A stretch of DNA of 63,259 nucleotides, the filler included, from Octopus bimaculoides (taxonomy: Eukaryota): NCBI RefSeq assembly GCF_001194135.2. It is 7 parts of 5 records of this genome, joined end to end, with 100 filler letters (N's around TTAATTAATTAA, not from the genome) between each part and the next. Parts side by side here need not be neighbours in the genome. Positions count along the whole stretch, not along the records: positions 34,349 to 55,339 come from NC_068986.1; 6 more parts are not named here. One strand, written 5' to 3'. The notes beneath the pieces are model-generated. The model saw only the letters and a program-made list of their open reading frames with translations, had not been told where the DNA came from and did not search any database. Of the stretch, positions 37,395 through 50,783 are shown piece by piece. Positions within the stretch are counted from its first letter, which is position 1, and each line of letters opens with the position of its first letter. Both the position numbers and the translations under genes were made by a program.

Positions 37395-37907
37395 TTCCTG
37401 GAAACTTCCGAGGATTTCCTGGAAAGTTCAAAGGAATTAAGATCGACTTCCAGGAATATTCCGATGATTTCCTGGAAAGTTCCGAGGATTTAAGATCGAC
37501 TACCTGGAATTTCTCGAAGATTCCATGGAAATTTCCGAGGATTTCCTGGAAAGTTCCAAGGGTCTAAGATCAACTTCCTGGAAAGTTCCGCAGAGTTTCC
37601 TGAAAAGTTCCAAGGTTTTCAGATCGACTTCCTGGAAAGACCCGTGGACTTCCTGGAAAGCTCCGAGGATTTAAGATCGATTCCTGGAAAGTTCCGATGA
37701 TGTGACTTCCTGGAAAGTTCCGTGTACAAGCTGTTTGCTGGAAAGTTCCGAGTAAGAGCTTCTTGCTGGAAAGTTCCCAGGACGAGCTTCTTCCTGGAAA
37801 TTCCCCAGGGGTGGTACTTCATGGAAAGTTCCGAGGATGGGGAGGAAATTCTTACTGAAAGTTCCAAGTACGGTGAGTTCCTGAAAAGTTCCGAGAACTT
37901 CCTGGAA
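37395..37907. repeat. Degenerate minisatellite built on TTCCTGGAAAGTTCC
   Basis: 11 exact TTCCTGGAA plus one TTCCAGGAA, with several variants. Spacing often alternates about 21 and 32 bp. Confidence 0.9.
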
Positions 37908-39439
37908 ATTCGCTGCTAGATATATTTTCTCTGAAAGAATTCAATATAAATCAATGACAACCTCAGAATCTTCATGATTCTCATCAACGTCTCGCTTCCT
38001 TCGAATACTGGTTGCCACTAGTACAGATAGAGATGCTTTTTAAAATCTTGTATTCATTACCACGCACTTTGCTATTTTAATAATTTTTTCCGAAATTAAA
38101 AATATACTTAACTGTAGCTTAGACCTGAAAATAGTTTTCAGAATCTGCATACATCTTTACTTTTTAAAAAAGGACTTATTAAAGAACAGAAGGGGAGAAG
38201 ACATTAAATGTAATCCTCACATAGAGCTATATATAGAATTTAATTGGTTTTCGGAAATGAAAATATCAATAATTCATCACCATAATGAATATTAGGTTAA
38301 TAATGTCCTCAGGAAAAATAAATATAATAGTCGGAAATGTCTTTTGATTTCATTTGATTCGTTAATTTGTTTCTCTTTCGTATAAAGTTCTTTGAAAACC
38401 ACGTTTAGCAAAACTGTATTGTTATGCGCGCATAGGAGGCGATCAGACTATGCTTTCAAAGCCAAATTGGAATCACATAATTTTATCTATTTCTTGTATC
38501 TGTATAAATCAAAGTTTAGGTCATCTGCTATATGCGGGGGAAACAAATTGAGCAATAGGCACATACATCAGAGATTGATGTGTATTTAAAGGTCTTCTCG
38601 ACCTTCTATACTCTCGTTATATTACAGCATATATATTTATTGTAAAACTAACTTTGATTATCTGAGTTTATTGTTGGGATCCACGATGCCTTTTATTCCC
38701 GCTTTTCTCGAATAATGACTTGGACATTTAGAAGCATGCTGACTTTACATAACAGAGTATTGATCAGAAGAAATGTATGCAGTTATGAGGCATATGATAG
38801 CTGTCGCCAATGTTATCAGCGACAGAGATGAATAATGTGAAGTCGGTCAATGTATACAAATCTGGATTTCTACACTACACTACACTCACCGACCATTGCA
38901 TTACAATCGTCAAACACAGCATGATAAGACCTTGGTTACACACATGAAAGAAACTACTATTTTCGCCAACAAAAAGCCTCTGTCACCTCTCTACCTGCTG
39001 GAAATAGCAACAAAAATGGGAGAATACATTGATTATTGTTACCCTAATTACATTATCGAAAACATTTCATTATAGGGCTGCGGTATCAAACCTTATCTGA
39101 TAATAATAATTTTCCACATGAAACAACATTATACGGACATCTTCCGAAGCGTTTACGAAATTCGTTAATTTCACAAAGAAAATTACTTATTTGCCACCAC
39201 ATCCAACAATATTCAGTCTTACTTTGATGATACTCCTTTTCATTCCTCTCTGCCATTCTACAACCATGCATCAACCACTCACAACACAGACACCACACGC
39301 CAGAACCACACCGACAACATGAACAGAGATCTGGAAAGAATTCGATTTATTTATACCAAATAAGTATATGCTCATCTTTTCTCTTTCAGCCACATGTAAA
39401 CACAATTGTCACTTATAAAAAGAATATCATTACACCACA

Positions 39440-39830
39440 CTCACCCCTTAATTATGTCTAGCTCAGCTTGAGTCATCAAAACCAGTTTCCTTATTGGGTC
39501 TCACAAACACTGAGGATTCCTCAAGGTGAAAGCACATTTACTATAGCTAGGATTGCGTCTCAACGTCTAATTCTTTTCTACAAGGCCAGAAGCTACTTCG
39601 TCCTCCAACAATTACCGATACTCTACAAGGCTCACAACGGTGTACATCTCTCACATCTAGGACTGCGCTGCTGCTGCTCTTAATCCTGCACACAGATATG
39701 CTAGACCGTATCTGGACAAGGGCCATTCGTCTGACTGACATAATGTCACTCACGGACACATCCGTTCTCTGATCCATAGACCCGCTTCTCCTTTCTGTAC
39801 TTTCTCAACCAGTACTACAATGTTCTCTGC
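39440..39830 (-). mobile_element. RTE-clade LINE, decayed C-terminal fragment
   Basis: Across frameshifts, remnants of WIRE..V.DI....R..W.WAGHI.R....RW...V..W.PR...R..GR....W. Confidence 0.5.
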
Positions 39831-40138
39831 TTGTTGGAATTGAATGAATTTGTGTCAACCCCTCTTAAGCATTTGTATTCTATACATTTCTCTGTTTCTC
39901 CCCAGAAAACCAACCGTTTAAAATTCCTTTCGTGCTCTTATCTTTCCTGTAGGTATTGACCTGCAAAGGTTCGAGAAGAACATAAATTACATCAATTTTA
40001 CTCACCTAAAAGAGAGCTTGCGAGAGCCTAGGAAATATTGTGCATGCAATATTATCTATGAAAATTGTTGGGTTTCTGATCCGATATATTGAATCCTAGC
40101 GTGAAATGGATAGCTAGACTGAAAGACAGCCAGACAGT

Positions 40139-40195
<57 letters not shown>

Positions 40196-40209
40196 TAAAT
40201 CCAATTCAA

Positions 40210-42180
40210 AATGATATTAAAAGAAGCTGGTAAAGGAAGTGCTGTGGTTGTAGGGACAGAGACTACTATAAAGATCTCTCGCTCTCTATACTTCATTACA
40301 ACTGCAATTATAAAAAAAAATCAACATCTATAATCAGCAAAAATAGTACAAAAATTTAACATCCTAGTCAATTTATACAAAAAGGTTTAACTGTAAATAA
40401 TTAACCAATTTTAAAAGTAAAACAAATAATTTTATTTTGTTGTGTTTAGGAAGAGTCATACTCCCTTAATATCTAACACACACTGCGGTTCAATTTCCAC
40501 TTATCATTTATATTTTTTTCTTTTAATGAATGGACATTGAGCCGATGAGTATGTTAGGTATTAGAGATTAGACACAACAAAATTTATCTCAATACACGAA
40601 TTCACATAAAGAATCTTGCAAACCAGACACAAAAATGAAGTAATTTTATGGTCTGCCAAAAGCCAACAAAAGAGATACAATAAACGATGACTTTAAAGAA
40701 TTCTCCTTTCCTTGCTTTAATGTTTTTCGCCCAAAGAATTTGAAATTACGATCGTGAGTAGTAGGACCTTGTAAAATTCAACAATTGAAGACCTTCTTAA
40801 ACATATTACTCAAGCAATATTTGAAACATAAACCGTGCGACATCAGAGACGACTTGGATATGTAAAACAAATGAAGAAACTTATGTATTTCTTTCTATGC
40901 TGTTAACCTTTATTGAAATATACTGAATCAATATGGCATGTAAGCAATAAATTTCTGACTCAGTAAATGTCTTCATGAATGACCCAATCACATAGAAATG
41001 AATTTATTATATAAAGTTTTTTTTTTCAACCACAGAATATATATAGAAAAAATTTTCAACGACTATAGTGATCAAAGTAGCCCCAACATCAACATATGAG
41101 GATTTAGTAATGGGATACTTTGAAATTAAATATATATGAAAAATCCACGCTGCAATACTGATACCATTTTCATAATTACTTGAAAGGAAACGGGAGGAAA
41201 ATATTTCAATGATTGTTTTATCTTATGGGAAGAAGGTTTCATTAGACTTTTAGAATAAATATATTAACAAGAACATCTGGTTTACAGCGGAATAAAGCAA
41301 GATAAAGTATCCGTTTTAGATACCCTATCTTTAAAAAAATTGGGTCATATATTTTAAACCTACAATGTTTACTTTTTACTTCATCCCTTTCACAACACAC
41401 GAGAGTCAATATCCCGTACAATGTAGCAAAATGAAAATGCAACATTGTATTAAATTAGAACACCCGACAGAAAAGATCAATTGAACTGAAAGATATTCTA
41501 ATTAGTATAAGATATCCACCATCATTAATTAATAATGCAATAGAAAGGGCGGTGGTAAATGATATCAGAGATTTAATAACTGTGAAAAACAAAATAGGAA
41601 CAAATGTTTTACTTTACATCTCAATCCACAACCCTAAGAATACAGAGACCGCTAAAGCAATTAAGCAAAATGTAGCCTGTTAAAACGTAATCTCAGAATG
41701 AGAAGAATTTTAGAAAAATAAATAATAATTAAAAGGAAAAAAACAGTCTCATTCATTGAAGAACATTTTAACAAGTGCCTAACTATCAACCAGCATTACA
41801 CAAAATTCGACTCTAAAAGAAGCAGAAAAATTGTGGAATTTGTATCAATATATCTGAAAGCTCGAAGTTCCACTTCAAACATTGCCAATGTTTTAAAATA
41901 AAAATAACTTCTCGTATCTGTCGGAAAACTTAATTTATCTCATAACATGCTACGGGCGTAGCGAGAATTATATTAGACAAACATGCATGTCACTTAGAAA
42001 GCGCCTGACGGTTCACTGACAATAAATGCGTGATCCGAACAGTAGAAAAATTTGACTCCGTGATCATCCAAATTTTAAACTTTTCTCACTATATTAATGT
42101 GCAGAAAATAACAAAGCAACAAAAAATCAATGAAGAGAATATCTATTGTAAAATAAAATATAAACTAACTTTCAACCATT
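40210..42180 (+). mobile_element. Penelope-like retroelement (RT plus GIY-YIG), heavily decayed
   Basis: In order: ILKEAGKGSAVVV..DRDYY, FYGLPKANK, KVAPT...LVMGYFEIK, KYFNDCFILW (decayed YxDD), VNIPYN, YPPSLINNAIERA, NLIYLITC..ENYIRQT..SLRKRLTVH. Confidence 0.85.
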
Positions 42181-42711
42181 AACCAAAACTGACACGTTTC
42201 TAATTAATTTTTCCTTAAATTTTTCAATAATTAAAACTACAAAACTTTACATCTCTATTTCATTTGGATCTTATACAATATTACGTCCTTTCTTTCCTAG
42301 TGAGACTATAACGAAGCTACTTTCGCTAGATGGAGGCTGGTAGCAAGATATTACACAAGTACATTGCATTGAATTACTCTGTAAGAAACAAAACTACTTT
42401 GGAATTATGTACTTTGATATATTTTTGGAATGTAAAGGGTTTAATAAGATATTTTGAAATTATTTGGTTGTTCTTTGGAATCTGTAATCTTGAAATGATT
42501 TTATTTAGTAATGTATTTTGGATATTATGTGATATCTCGGAATATGTAATAATGTCTATTGAAGTAATTTTATTCTTATAATCTGTTTTTCAATGAAGAA
42601 TATTATTGTATATTGAAATGATTTGACTGTAATAATATGATTTCACTGTAATAATAATTCACTGAAATATAAAACGAAAAATGCAGCTCCTGATGCTTTT
42701 TCTTCTTCCTC

Positions 42712-42833
<122 letters not shown>

Positions 42834-42950
42834 GTCGGCTTTGCTTTTCATACTTTTAGGGTCGATAAAATAAGTATCAGTTGCACACTGGGTCGATGTA
42901 ATCGATTTTCCCTTCCCCCGAAATTGCTGGCCTAGAGCCAAAATTTGAAA
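42834..42950 (+). mobile_element. SINE family 2, 5'-truncated, between (ATT)n tracts
   Basis: GGCTTTGCTTTTCATACTTTTAGGGTCGATAAAATAAGTATCAG core. Confidence 0.8.
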
Positions 42951-44052
42951 TCATTATTATTATTATTATTATTCCTTATCTCCCATTTGTGGGACAATTT
43001 TAACATTTACTTATGCATGTATGTGTATACATATACATCCATCCATCCAACCATCCATCCATCCTTCCATCCATCCATCCATACATACATACATACATAC
43101 ATACATACATACATACAAATGGTGGATATTAAAGGCCCTATAACTACAGTGATCAGTGCAATCGGTGTATGAACCTCGAAGGTAAACTGCGGAATAGTGA
43201 AATTTGAGACAGAGATATTGTTTTCATATGTCGTTGGTTTGTGTGAACTGTGAGCTGTGCATAGTGTGATTTGTGTTGTGTGTAAGAGACAGAGTGTGTG
43301 CGCGTGTGTGTGAGAAAGAGAGAGAGTGTGTATGTGTGTATAAGTGTGTGTGTCTGACAGAAGGTATGTGTATGTCTCTGTGTGTAAATGTGTGTGTGTG
43401 CGTGTGTGTTTGAGAGAGGGATCGTGTGTGAGTGCGTGTGTGTTTTACACAGTAATTTTTAATGTTGGTGATATTGTGATAATTGGAAACTTGTTCAAGT
43501 ATGAATATAGCAATTGTATGTTTGTCCGGACAACAGAACATTTTTTTTTTTGCATAAGAAATAAATTTAGATATATTTGAATTTTTGGCCAGGTTATTTG
43601 GTAGGTAAGAAAGGTAATTTGGCACTTGATAGGAAAGAAAATAAAAGTGCTATTTTGAGAGCTGGAATATAGGTCGCACCTGAAATTGAACTTTTTAGCG
43701 CAGGATGGATTTGTTATTGAAGTCAATAAGTCCTTACGGTGGGGAGATGGTAAATTGGCCGAATGAAGTAGATTTTAAACTGGAAGGGGTGACTGAGTGT
43801 ACTTTATGGCGTTGAGCTGAAGATCAAATATTTGTTGCAACAACTATGTGTGAATAGGGAGGTTTGAGTTGCAATGAGAGAGCTTTTATACACATACATA
43901 CACGCAACTTAACAGCAGAGACCATATTCGGATAGAGTTAATCAGAGGTACAGAAATCGCTAAATCTCTAAAATAGAAATAGAAATATACATATATTCGT
44001 ATATCTACATGTACATACATATATACATATATACATACATATATATGTGTGG

Positions 44053-44200
44053 GGGGTGTACAGGCGTGGCTGTGTGGTAAGAAGCTTGGTTCCAAACCAA
44101 ATGGTTCCAGATTCAGTCCCGCTGCGTGGCACCTCGAGCATATGTCTTCTGCTATAGCCTCGGGCCGACTAAGGTCTTGTGAATGGATTTGGCAGTCGTA

Positions 44201-44262
<62 letters not shown>

Positions 44263-44460
44263 NNNNNNNNNNNNNNNNNNNNNNNNNNNNNNNNNNNNNN
44301 NNNNNNNNNNNNNNNNNNNNNNNNNNNNNNNNNNNNNNNNNNNNNNNNNNNNNNNNNNNNNNNNNNNNNNNNNNNNNNNNNNNATAAGTACTGGAGCCGA
44401 TTCATTCTACTAAAAGTCCCTCAATGCGGTGCCCCAGCTTGACTGCAGTCTAATGACTAA
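44053..44460 (+). mobile_element. SINE family 1 copy spanning a gap
   Basis: Head at 44062-44200 and tail at 44394-44460. Confidence 0.8.
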
Positions 44461-44475
44461 CACAGACACATACGT

Positions 44476-45293
44476 GGACTGTTGCCATAGGAACAAAACC
44501 AAAGCACGCAGAGTGAAGCCGCTGGGCACAAATTGGCCTTGAACTTCGCTGTGCATATACACTAAGTTTTAACGTTCTAGCTCACTTCCATGACAGAGAA
44601 AGATGAGCAGAGAATCTGCGTTAAATTTTGCCAAAAGCTTGGCGATACTTGCTCATAGGCCTACGCAAAGTTTTCAAAAAGTTTTCACCGTTCTCGACAC
44701 AATCAAGGAGATCTTGTGCAACTGAAACCCGAGTGTCATTTTGGTCAGCTGAAAGCAGTTTTCGCACAAATTTGGCAGACGCACGTCTCATACCTAAATT
44801 TTCAGGGATAATGGACTAAATTGAACCGTAACTAATCTGCACATCCTCTGATAACTCACGGATGGTGATTCGACGATTTCCCCTCATAGTTGCACGCACA
44901 TCGTCGATGTCTTTCTCAGTTCTGCTGGTTGCGGTTTTCCAGAACGTTCGTCAATATCGACTTCTTTTTTAGCCATCCTGGAAACGTCTGAACCTCTTGT
45001 ACACTTGTGTGCAACTCACACTCCTCTTCATACACTTTCTGCAACTTTGCGTAGGCCTCTGAGCTGCTATCGCCCTGACAACTTTCTCTGTCATGGTCAA
45101 TGCGACGATTATACGCTACATACCTTCCTTCTAAGCATTGCTGTAAACAGCGGAAGTAAGCTAGAACGTTAAAAACTTTGTGCGCATTCACACTATACGC
45201 ATTCAAGGCCAATCTGTACCATGTGGCTTTACTCTGCGTGTTTTAACTTCGGCACTATGGCAACAGTCCGGATATTTATTGATCAGACCACTA
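44476..45293. mobile_element. Mariner (irritans-like) derivative made of two inverted 5' ends
   Basis: The plus arm carries ATG at 44590 (MTEKDEQRICVKFCQKLGD). The minus copy runs from the TIR at 45293 through ATG at 45094 to ...VSVAQDLLDCVENGENFLKT. The two join at about 44671. Confidence 0.85.
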
Positions 45294-46162
45294 TATATAT
45301 ACATATATATATATACATACACACATACACATACACACACACACACATATTAAATATAAGACTTCAAGATTCAAGTGAATCAGATACCTAAATAGTAAAT
45401 ACCAAGTTCGCGTCAAAGAAGTAGCAATCATATACAAAATAAAATTAGAGAAACATATACGTACATACCTAATTGCAAAAGGTTTAAAATTCCAGTTGCA
45501 TATACGATCACAAACGCCCGACTGAATATATATATATACCACGAGTCTCAAGGTTGTTCATTGATCACATACTGCACCTATTGTACTGTGCCTAAATAGA
45601 GTTCAGAACAACGCTAATTGCAAGTTCCGGGTAAGGTGAATAATAAATAACAACAGACGGAAATTGGTTTATGTACTACAGTTGCTTCAAACGAGCTTTT
45701 TCTTATTGATGAATAGAGTTATTACATCATACGAAAAAGATCCGCTTTCTAGCCAGGAATCATGAAGTGGCACACAATGTTGCTTTTTGGAACTTTCATT
45801 TTAAGATGGTGAATTTGTGTATATTCCCCTGAAGAAAGTGTTTTCTTCGCTGATGTAATAACTGTTCCTCAATAAAAAAAAACTAGTCTGAAACAGCTGT
45901 AGCGAATGAACCAATTTCTATCTGTGTGTATGTATGTATGTATGTATTATAAGGATCAAAGGTATTTCCCAAGCTATAGGCTCAAATTCCGACTTCACGG
46001 ATTCTGTGAATTGAGTTTTATTGAGAACCGATATCGCAAGCTCTCACTTCAAAAGTTCTTTCACTTCTGCCAGTCAGGCGAGATTTAATTTTTGCGAGAA
46101 AAATGCTGGAATAAGTACATCAAGAGAGGCTATCCGACGCTTTAATTCGATGTATGTATGTA

Positions 46163-47025
46163 CAAAAGTTCTTGCCAATAGAGAAAGAGCCGGTTTCTAA
46201 CCTAAATTCAAAGTTCCTTCATTGGAATTTCAACATCAAAAACAGGGTATTTTTGTTCGTTTGTACATATATGTATATGTACAGATTTGTATGTATATGT
46301 ACAGATTTGTATGTTTTGCTTTATGTATGTATTCTCATGCATATAGTTGCATATCTAGACATGTTCATGTATATTTAAATGATAAACTTCTGGAAATTTT
46401 TACAGATTTTTACAGTTCCAGTGATAGATTGGATCTGTAGTCTTCGAATTAGCGTTCTTCTTTCTGGTTTTGAGAAGCCTAATTTTTCAAGATTGGCATT
46501 TAGGCAGTGTGTTACATATCCCAGGACTCCAATTACAAGTATAAACCTGAATTTGTAATCTGGATAGAGTAACTGCAGATTTCACAAGAGTTCGGCGTAG
46601 GTGTTCTCTTTTTAACTGATCTTCAGGTTTATGTTAACATCCGCTGGGCAGCTAATTTCCACAACTGTTCACTGTTTCTCCTCTTTATCCTAAATCACTA
46701 TATCAGGTCTGTTGTGCTTACATTTTATTGAGGTTTTTTCTGGGACATTCCACCAGTACTCCTTTTTACTATGTGTAGCTACGGCTTACACAATACTGTG
46801 GGTTCTTATTTCTTTGTCCTCGGAGTTATCCTTCCGACGAATTTTATTATAGAGTGGTCTAGCCACAACATCATGTCTCATTGGTAGATGATACCATGAT
46901 GATATTTTCGGACACCGCTTTTGATGTGGGTGATATCCTCGACGTTAACACCACAAAGTCTACATCGGTTGTCACATTTTACTGCTTTTTCTGCATCTCT
47001 ATCCCTTTTGTGCATAACGTACTTA
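46163..47025 (-). mobile_element. R4/Dong-like (restriction-like endonuclease) non-LTR retrotransposon, 5'-truncated
   Basis: CRLCGVNVEDITHIKS..C knuckle, RHDVV, NRPDIVI...VVEISCP...KENTY (PD-(D/E)xK), stop at about 46375, then 3' UTR. Flanked by (ATGT)n on both sides. Confidence 0.85.
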
Positions 47026-47239
47026 TGTGCGTATGTATGTATGTATGTATGTATATATGTACGTATGTATGTATGTGTGTATGTATGTATTTATGTATGT
47101 ATGTCTGCATGCATGCATGCATGTATGTATATATGTATGTATTAATGTATGTATGTATGTATGTATGTATGTATGTATAAGCATGAGTGTGTGCTTATAT
47201 ATATATAAATGCAACCCGTAGTTGCACCCTATAGTATCA

Positions 47240-47287
<48 letters not shown>

Positions 47288-47428
47288 AAATAAATAATAT
47301 ATATATGCATATATACATACGTGTACGTATATACTTACATGTATACGTATATACATATGCATATGTGGGCGCAGGACATCACAAAACGTAAACAACAAAA
47401 AATACGAAGTACGAGGACATAGAATATT

Positions 47429-47573
47429 GAACTTTTTTGCGAACAACGAAAGAAACAAATGGAAAACAAGACAAACAACACAAAGAACGACAGCCGACAA
47501 CTGATGGAGGGTTGTTGTTTGTCTTGTTTGTCTTGTTTTCCATTTGTTTCTTTCGTTGTTCGCAAAAAAGTTC
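47429..47573. repeat. Perfect 50-bp inverted repeat within a pLTR-like remnant, cut off by a gap
   Basis: Arms 47429-47478 and 47524-47573 are exact reverse complements. Confidence 0.9.
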
Positions 47574-47882
47574 NNNNNNNNNNNNNNNNNNNNNNNNNNN
47601 NNNNNNNNNNNNNNNNNNNNNNNNNNNNNNNNNNNNNNNNNNNNNNNNNNNNNNNNNNNNNNNNNNNNNNNNNNNNNNNNNNNNNNNNNNNNNNNNNNNN
47701 NNNNNNNNNNNNNNNNNNNNNNNNNNNNNNNNNNNNNNNNNNNNNNNNNNNNNNNNNNNNNNNNNNNNNNNNNNNNNNNNNNNNNNNNNNNNNNNNNNNN
47801 NNNNNNNNNNNNNNNNNNNNNNNNNNNNNNNNNNNNNNNNNNNNNNNNNNNNNNNNNNNNNATATATATATATATATATATA

Positions 47883-48095
47883 ACGTTTTGAAACAAATTT
47901 CATTACATATTTCAACAATGCGGAAATTGTATTCATGAAAGTAAGTACCATTACAATCAACCCATTTTTGCCAACGAGTTACAAGTTTGTTTATTCCGGT
48001 AATATAAAAATCGGAAGTTCTGGAGCTCATAAACTCTTTGAACGCACTCTCAGAATCGGTTCGATTTTTGAACTCCTTATTTCGCAGGGAACCAT
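47883..48095 (-). mobile_element. Mariner (Hsmar1-like), 3' fragment
   Basis: LRNKEFKNRTDSESAFKEFMSSRTSDFYITGINKLVTRWQKWVDCNGTYF. Confidence 0.85.
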
Positions 48096-49289
48096 CTGGC
48101 AAACGCATCTCCTGGCATTAAATCCCTAAGAGAACATACTAGTCTCTGGTCCAGAGATGTACTGTCTCTATCTTTTATATCGTTAATATATATTTACTGT
48201 AACCACCTCTGTATCTCCAAGATGGATGGTCTTCACCCTAATCACCCTTGTTTTGTCCAATCCATTCTCCAGATACGCGCAAATAAGTATGCTCAGTTTC
48301 TCCTTCCTAGGACATGAACTTCGGGAAACTTCTCTTTACACATATCTCTTCTGTTGATATTGACCTGCAAAGATTTAAACGGAATATTAATGGAACGAAG
48401 CTCAGTGTCATGAACACTACCTCTTTTTCCAAAGTCAGCAAACAGACATACACATGCTCACACACATACACACCTACCATATACATACATTCAAACGTAC
48501 ATACGTGCACACAATCACACAAAGGGAGACAGACAAACGTGAGAGAAAGCCAGAGACAAGCAGACAAATTAGTTATGATAATTCAATAGAAGCTACGCAC
48601 GTCAACACTTTGGACGCTAGAAAGTGCTAGCTACAATAACATAGAGTTGACAGTAAGTGAAACAACAATGCAGGTATCACCTATTTGTAGGATACTGCAG
48701 ATAAGGAAGTAACAAATCCAATTTAGACTGTAGATCCCACTCTGGGCTTAGTTCCAGATGTGGCGTAGGTATTAAAAAATTGCGAATAGCGTTTTAAAAA
48801 TTCATGACAGTTGTTTCTATAGAAATTAATTGATGCATTTATAAATTACATCATAACATAGAATCCACAGTCTTCAGGTAAAGTTTTAAACAGGTAAGAT
48901 ATCAAGCAGGTGAGATTTCATACATCGAACATGAATCCAGCATCTTTAGACAAGAGATATTTCAGAAATAACTTTAACGTTTAAAGGAAAATTATAACAT
49001 TTATGGTGTATTATATGTTATGATTTAATCGATGAATACTTCAATAAAATTCTACCGAAACAACTGTCGTAAACTTTAAACGCCATATGTGTTTTCGTTA
49101 TATATATATAGCGACCTGTATATCATACTTACAGTAGATATTCTACCAAAAGCCTGTTAAACTCCGGTATTCTTCTGGAGAAAGCATCTCTTATAGATGT
49201 AAACGGTTAACACAAACATATCAACAGCAGATGAAATTCGCCCAGCAGTGGTGATGGCGTTGCTAAATATGTATTTCTGTTTCCTTGGG

Positions 49290-49420
49290 ATCCGTCAGTA
49301 CCAAGTATCCACTAGCAACCGCATACTTTGAGACATTCCCAGTAATTATGTCTTCTAAACGAAGTTATCTTATTTGCGAGCATTCTCTGTGACCCTTCAA
49401 TTTCTTCTGTGAGACCGGCT
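49290..49420 (-). mobile_element. CR1-group LINE fragment, very decayed
   Basis: EEIEGSQRMLANKITSFRRHNYWECLKV resembles the region ending YWERLKEL at about 9350-9420. Confidence 0.45.
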
Positions 49421-49689
49421 GTAATTGGAAAAGAAAGCTATGATCAATAAAGTAGACTACTGAAAACTAAGATTTTTCATAGAGTCAGCATACCTAGTGG
49501 TTCTCTTGTAATGAGATTTCCGTTTTTAGAGGTCAAGTCGGTGATGTATCTAAGATACTTCATTTGACATATATGTATGTGTATTTGTGTGTCCGTGTCT
49601 ATGTAGTAATCGGCATATACATACATACATACATACATACATAGACAGACACAAACCTGATACATATTACGTTGTATATCTGTGTCTGT

Positions 49690-50121
49690 CTTTATTCTTT
49701 CACTTGTTTCTGTCATTTGACTGCGGTCATGCTGGAGCACCCTCTTGGAGGGTTTTAGTCAAACAAGTTGACACAATGGCTTATTTTATATAGTCTAGTA
49801 CTTATTCTGTTGCGATTTTTGCCGAACCGCTATGTTACCGTGATCTAAACACACCAACTTCAGTTGTCAAGTGATGATGGTGGGGGGATAAACATAGACA
49901 CAAAGACACAGACACACACATACATACACAGATCTATACATACATATGTACACGGCGGACTTCTTTCAGTTTCTGTCTACCAAATTCATTCACGAGGCTT
50001 AGGCTTTGTCGGGCCTGAGGCTTTAGCAGAAGACATTTGCCCAATGTACCACGCAGTTGGGCTGAATCCAGAACCATGTGGTTATGAAACAAGCCTCTTG
50101 CCATACAGTTACGCCTGCGCC
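49690..50121 (-). mobile_element. SINE family 1, full length
   Basis: Colinear with 3368-3782. Confidence 0.85.
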
Positions 50122-50199
50122 TATCCACAAAGCCACACTTGCGTCTATCACATGCATACAAGTATTTGTATATAAATGTCTATTTGCATAATTGGCAAA

Positions 50200-50271
<72 letters not shown>

Positions 50272-50732
50272 GTGAGAGAGTAGATTTCCTTTGGAAATAG
50301 TGATATGTAGTAGCTTTACAGAGCATATGCTTACAGCCTTGGATGCATGTATCTCTCGCTTCCATGTTTATTCATGAAACATATAACGTATAGACACATA
50401 AATATAAAACATACATATATACATATTGAGTTCTCGGATAAATTCGTTCACTATTTGTTTCCTTTTAGTTCTTCCCAATGATATTTGAATTAACGAAGAA
50501 ATATTTTTATCGTTGTACTTCATGGGGTTTTTTTTTCTTAATTTTTGGTTTTTCGGGGTTTTTTGTAGATGTATTCTACCTCTACAAATTTTGTTTATCG
50601 CATTAGAAATTTGAAAATATTAAAAAAAAAAAACGTTTTCAGACATATGACGATAGATTTCCAAGCAGAAAACAAAACGAAAGGTTTTTTGTGACAACTA
50701 AACACATAGATACATGTGTGTGCGTATGCGTC

Positions 50733-50783
<51 letters not shown>

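Noticed and set aside
37304-37919. Repetitive ORFs over the minisatellite
   Set aside because: Units are not consistently multiples of three, the ORFs switch frame and strand, and no splice signals were found.
42003-42045. CTGACGG...GTGATCCGAAC as a hammerhead
   Set aside because: It lies within the GIY-YIG coding remnant (RLTVH.Q..RDP), and the core is incomplete.
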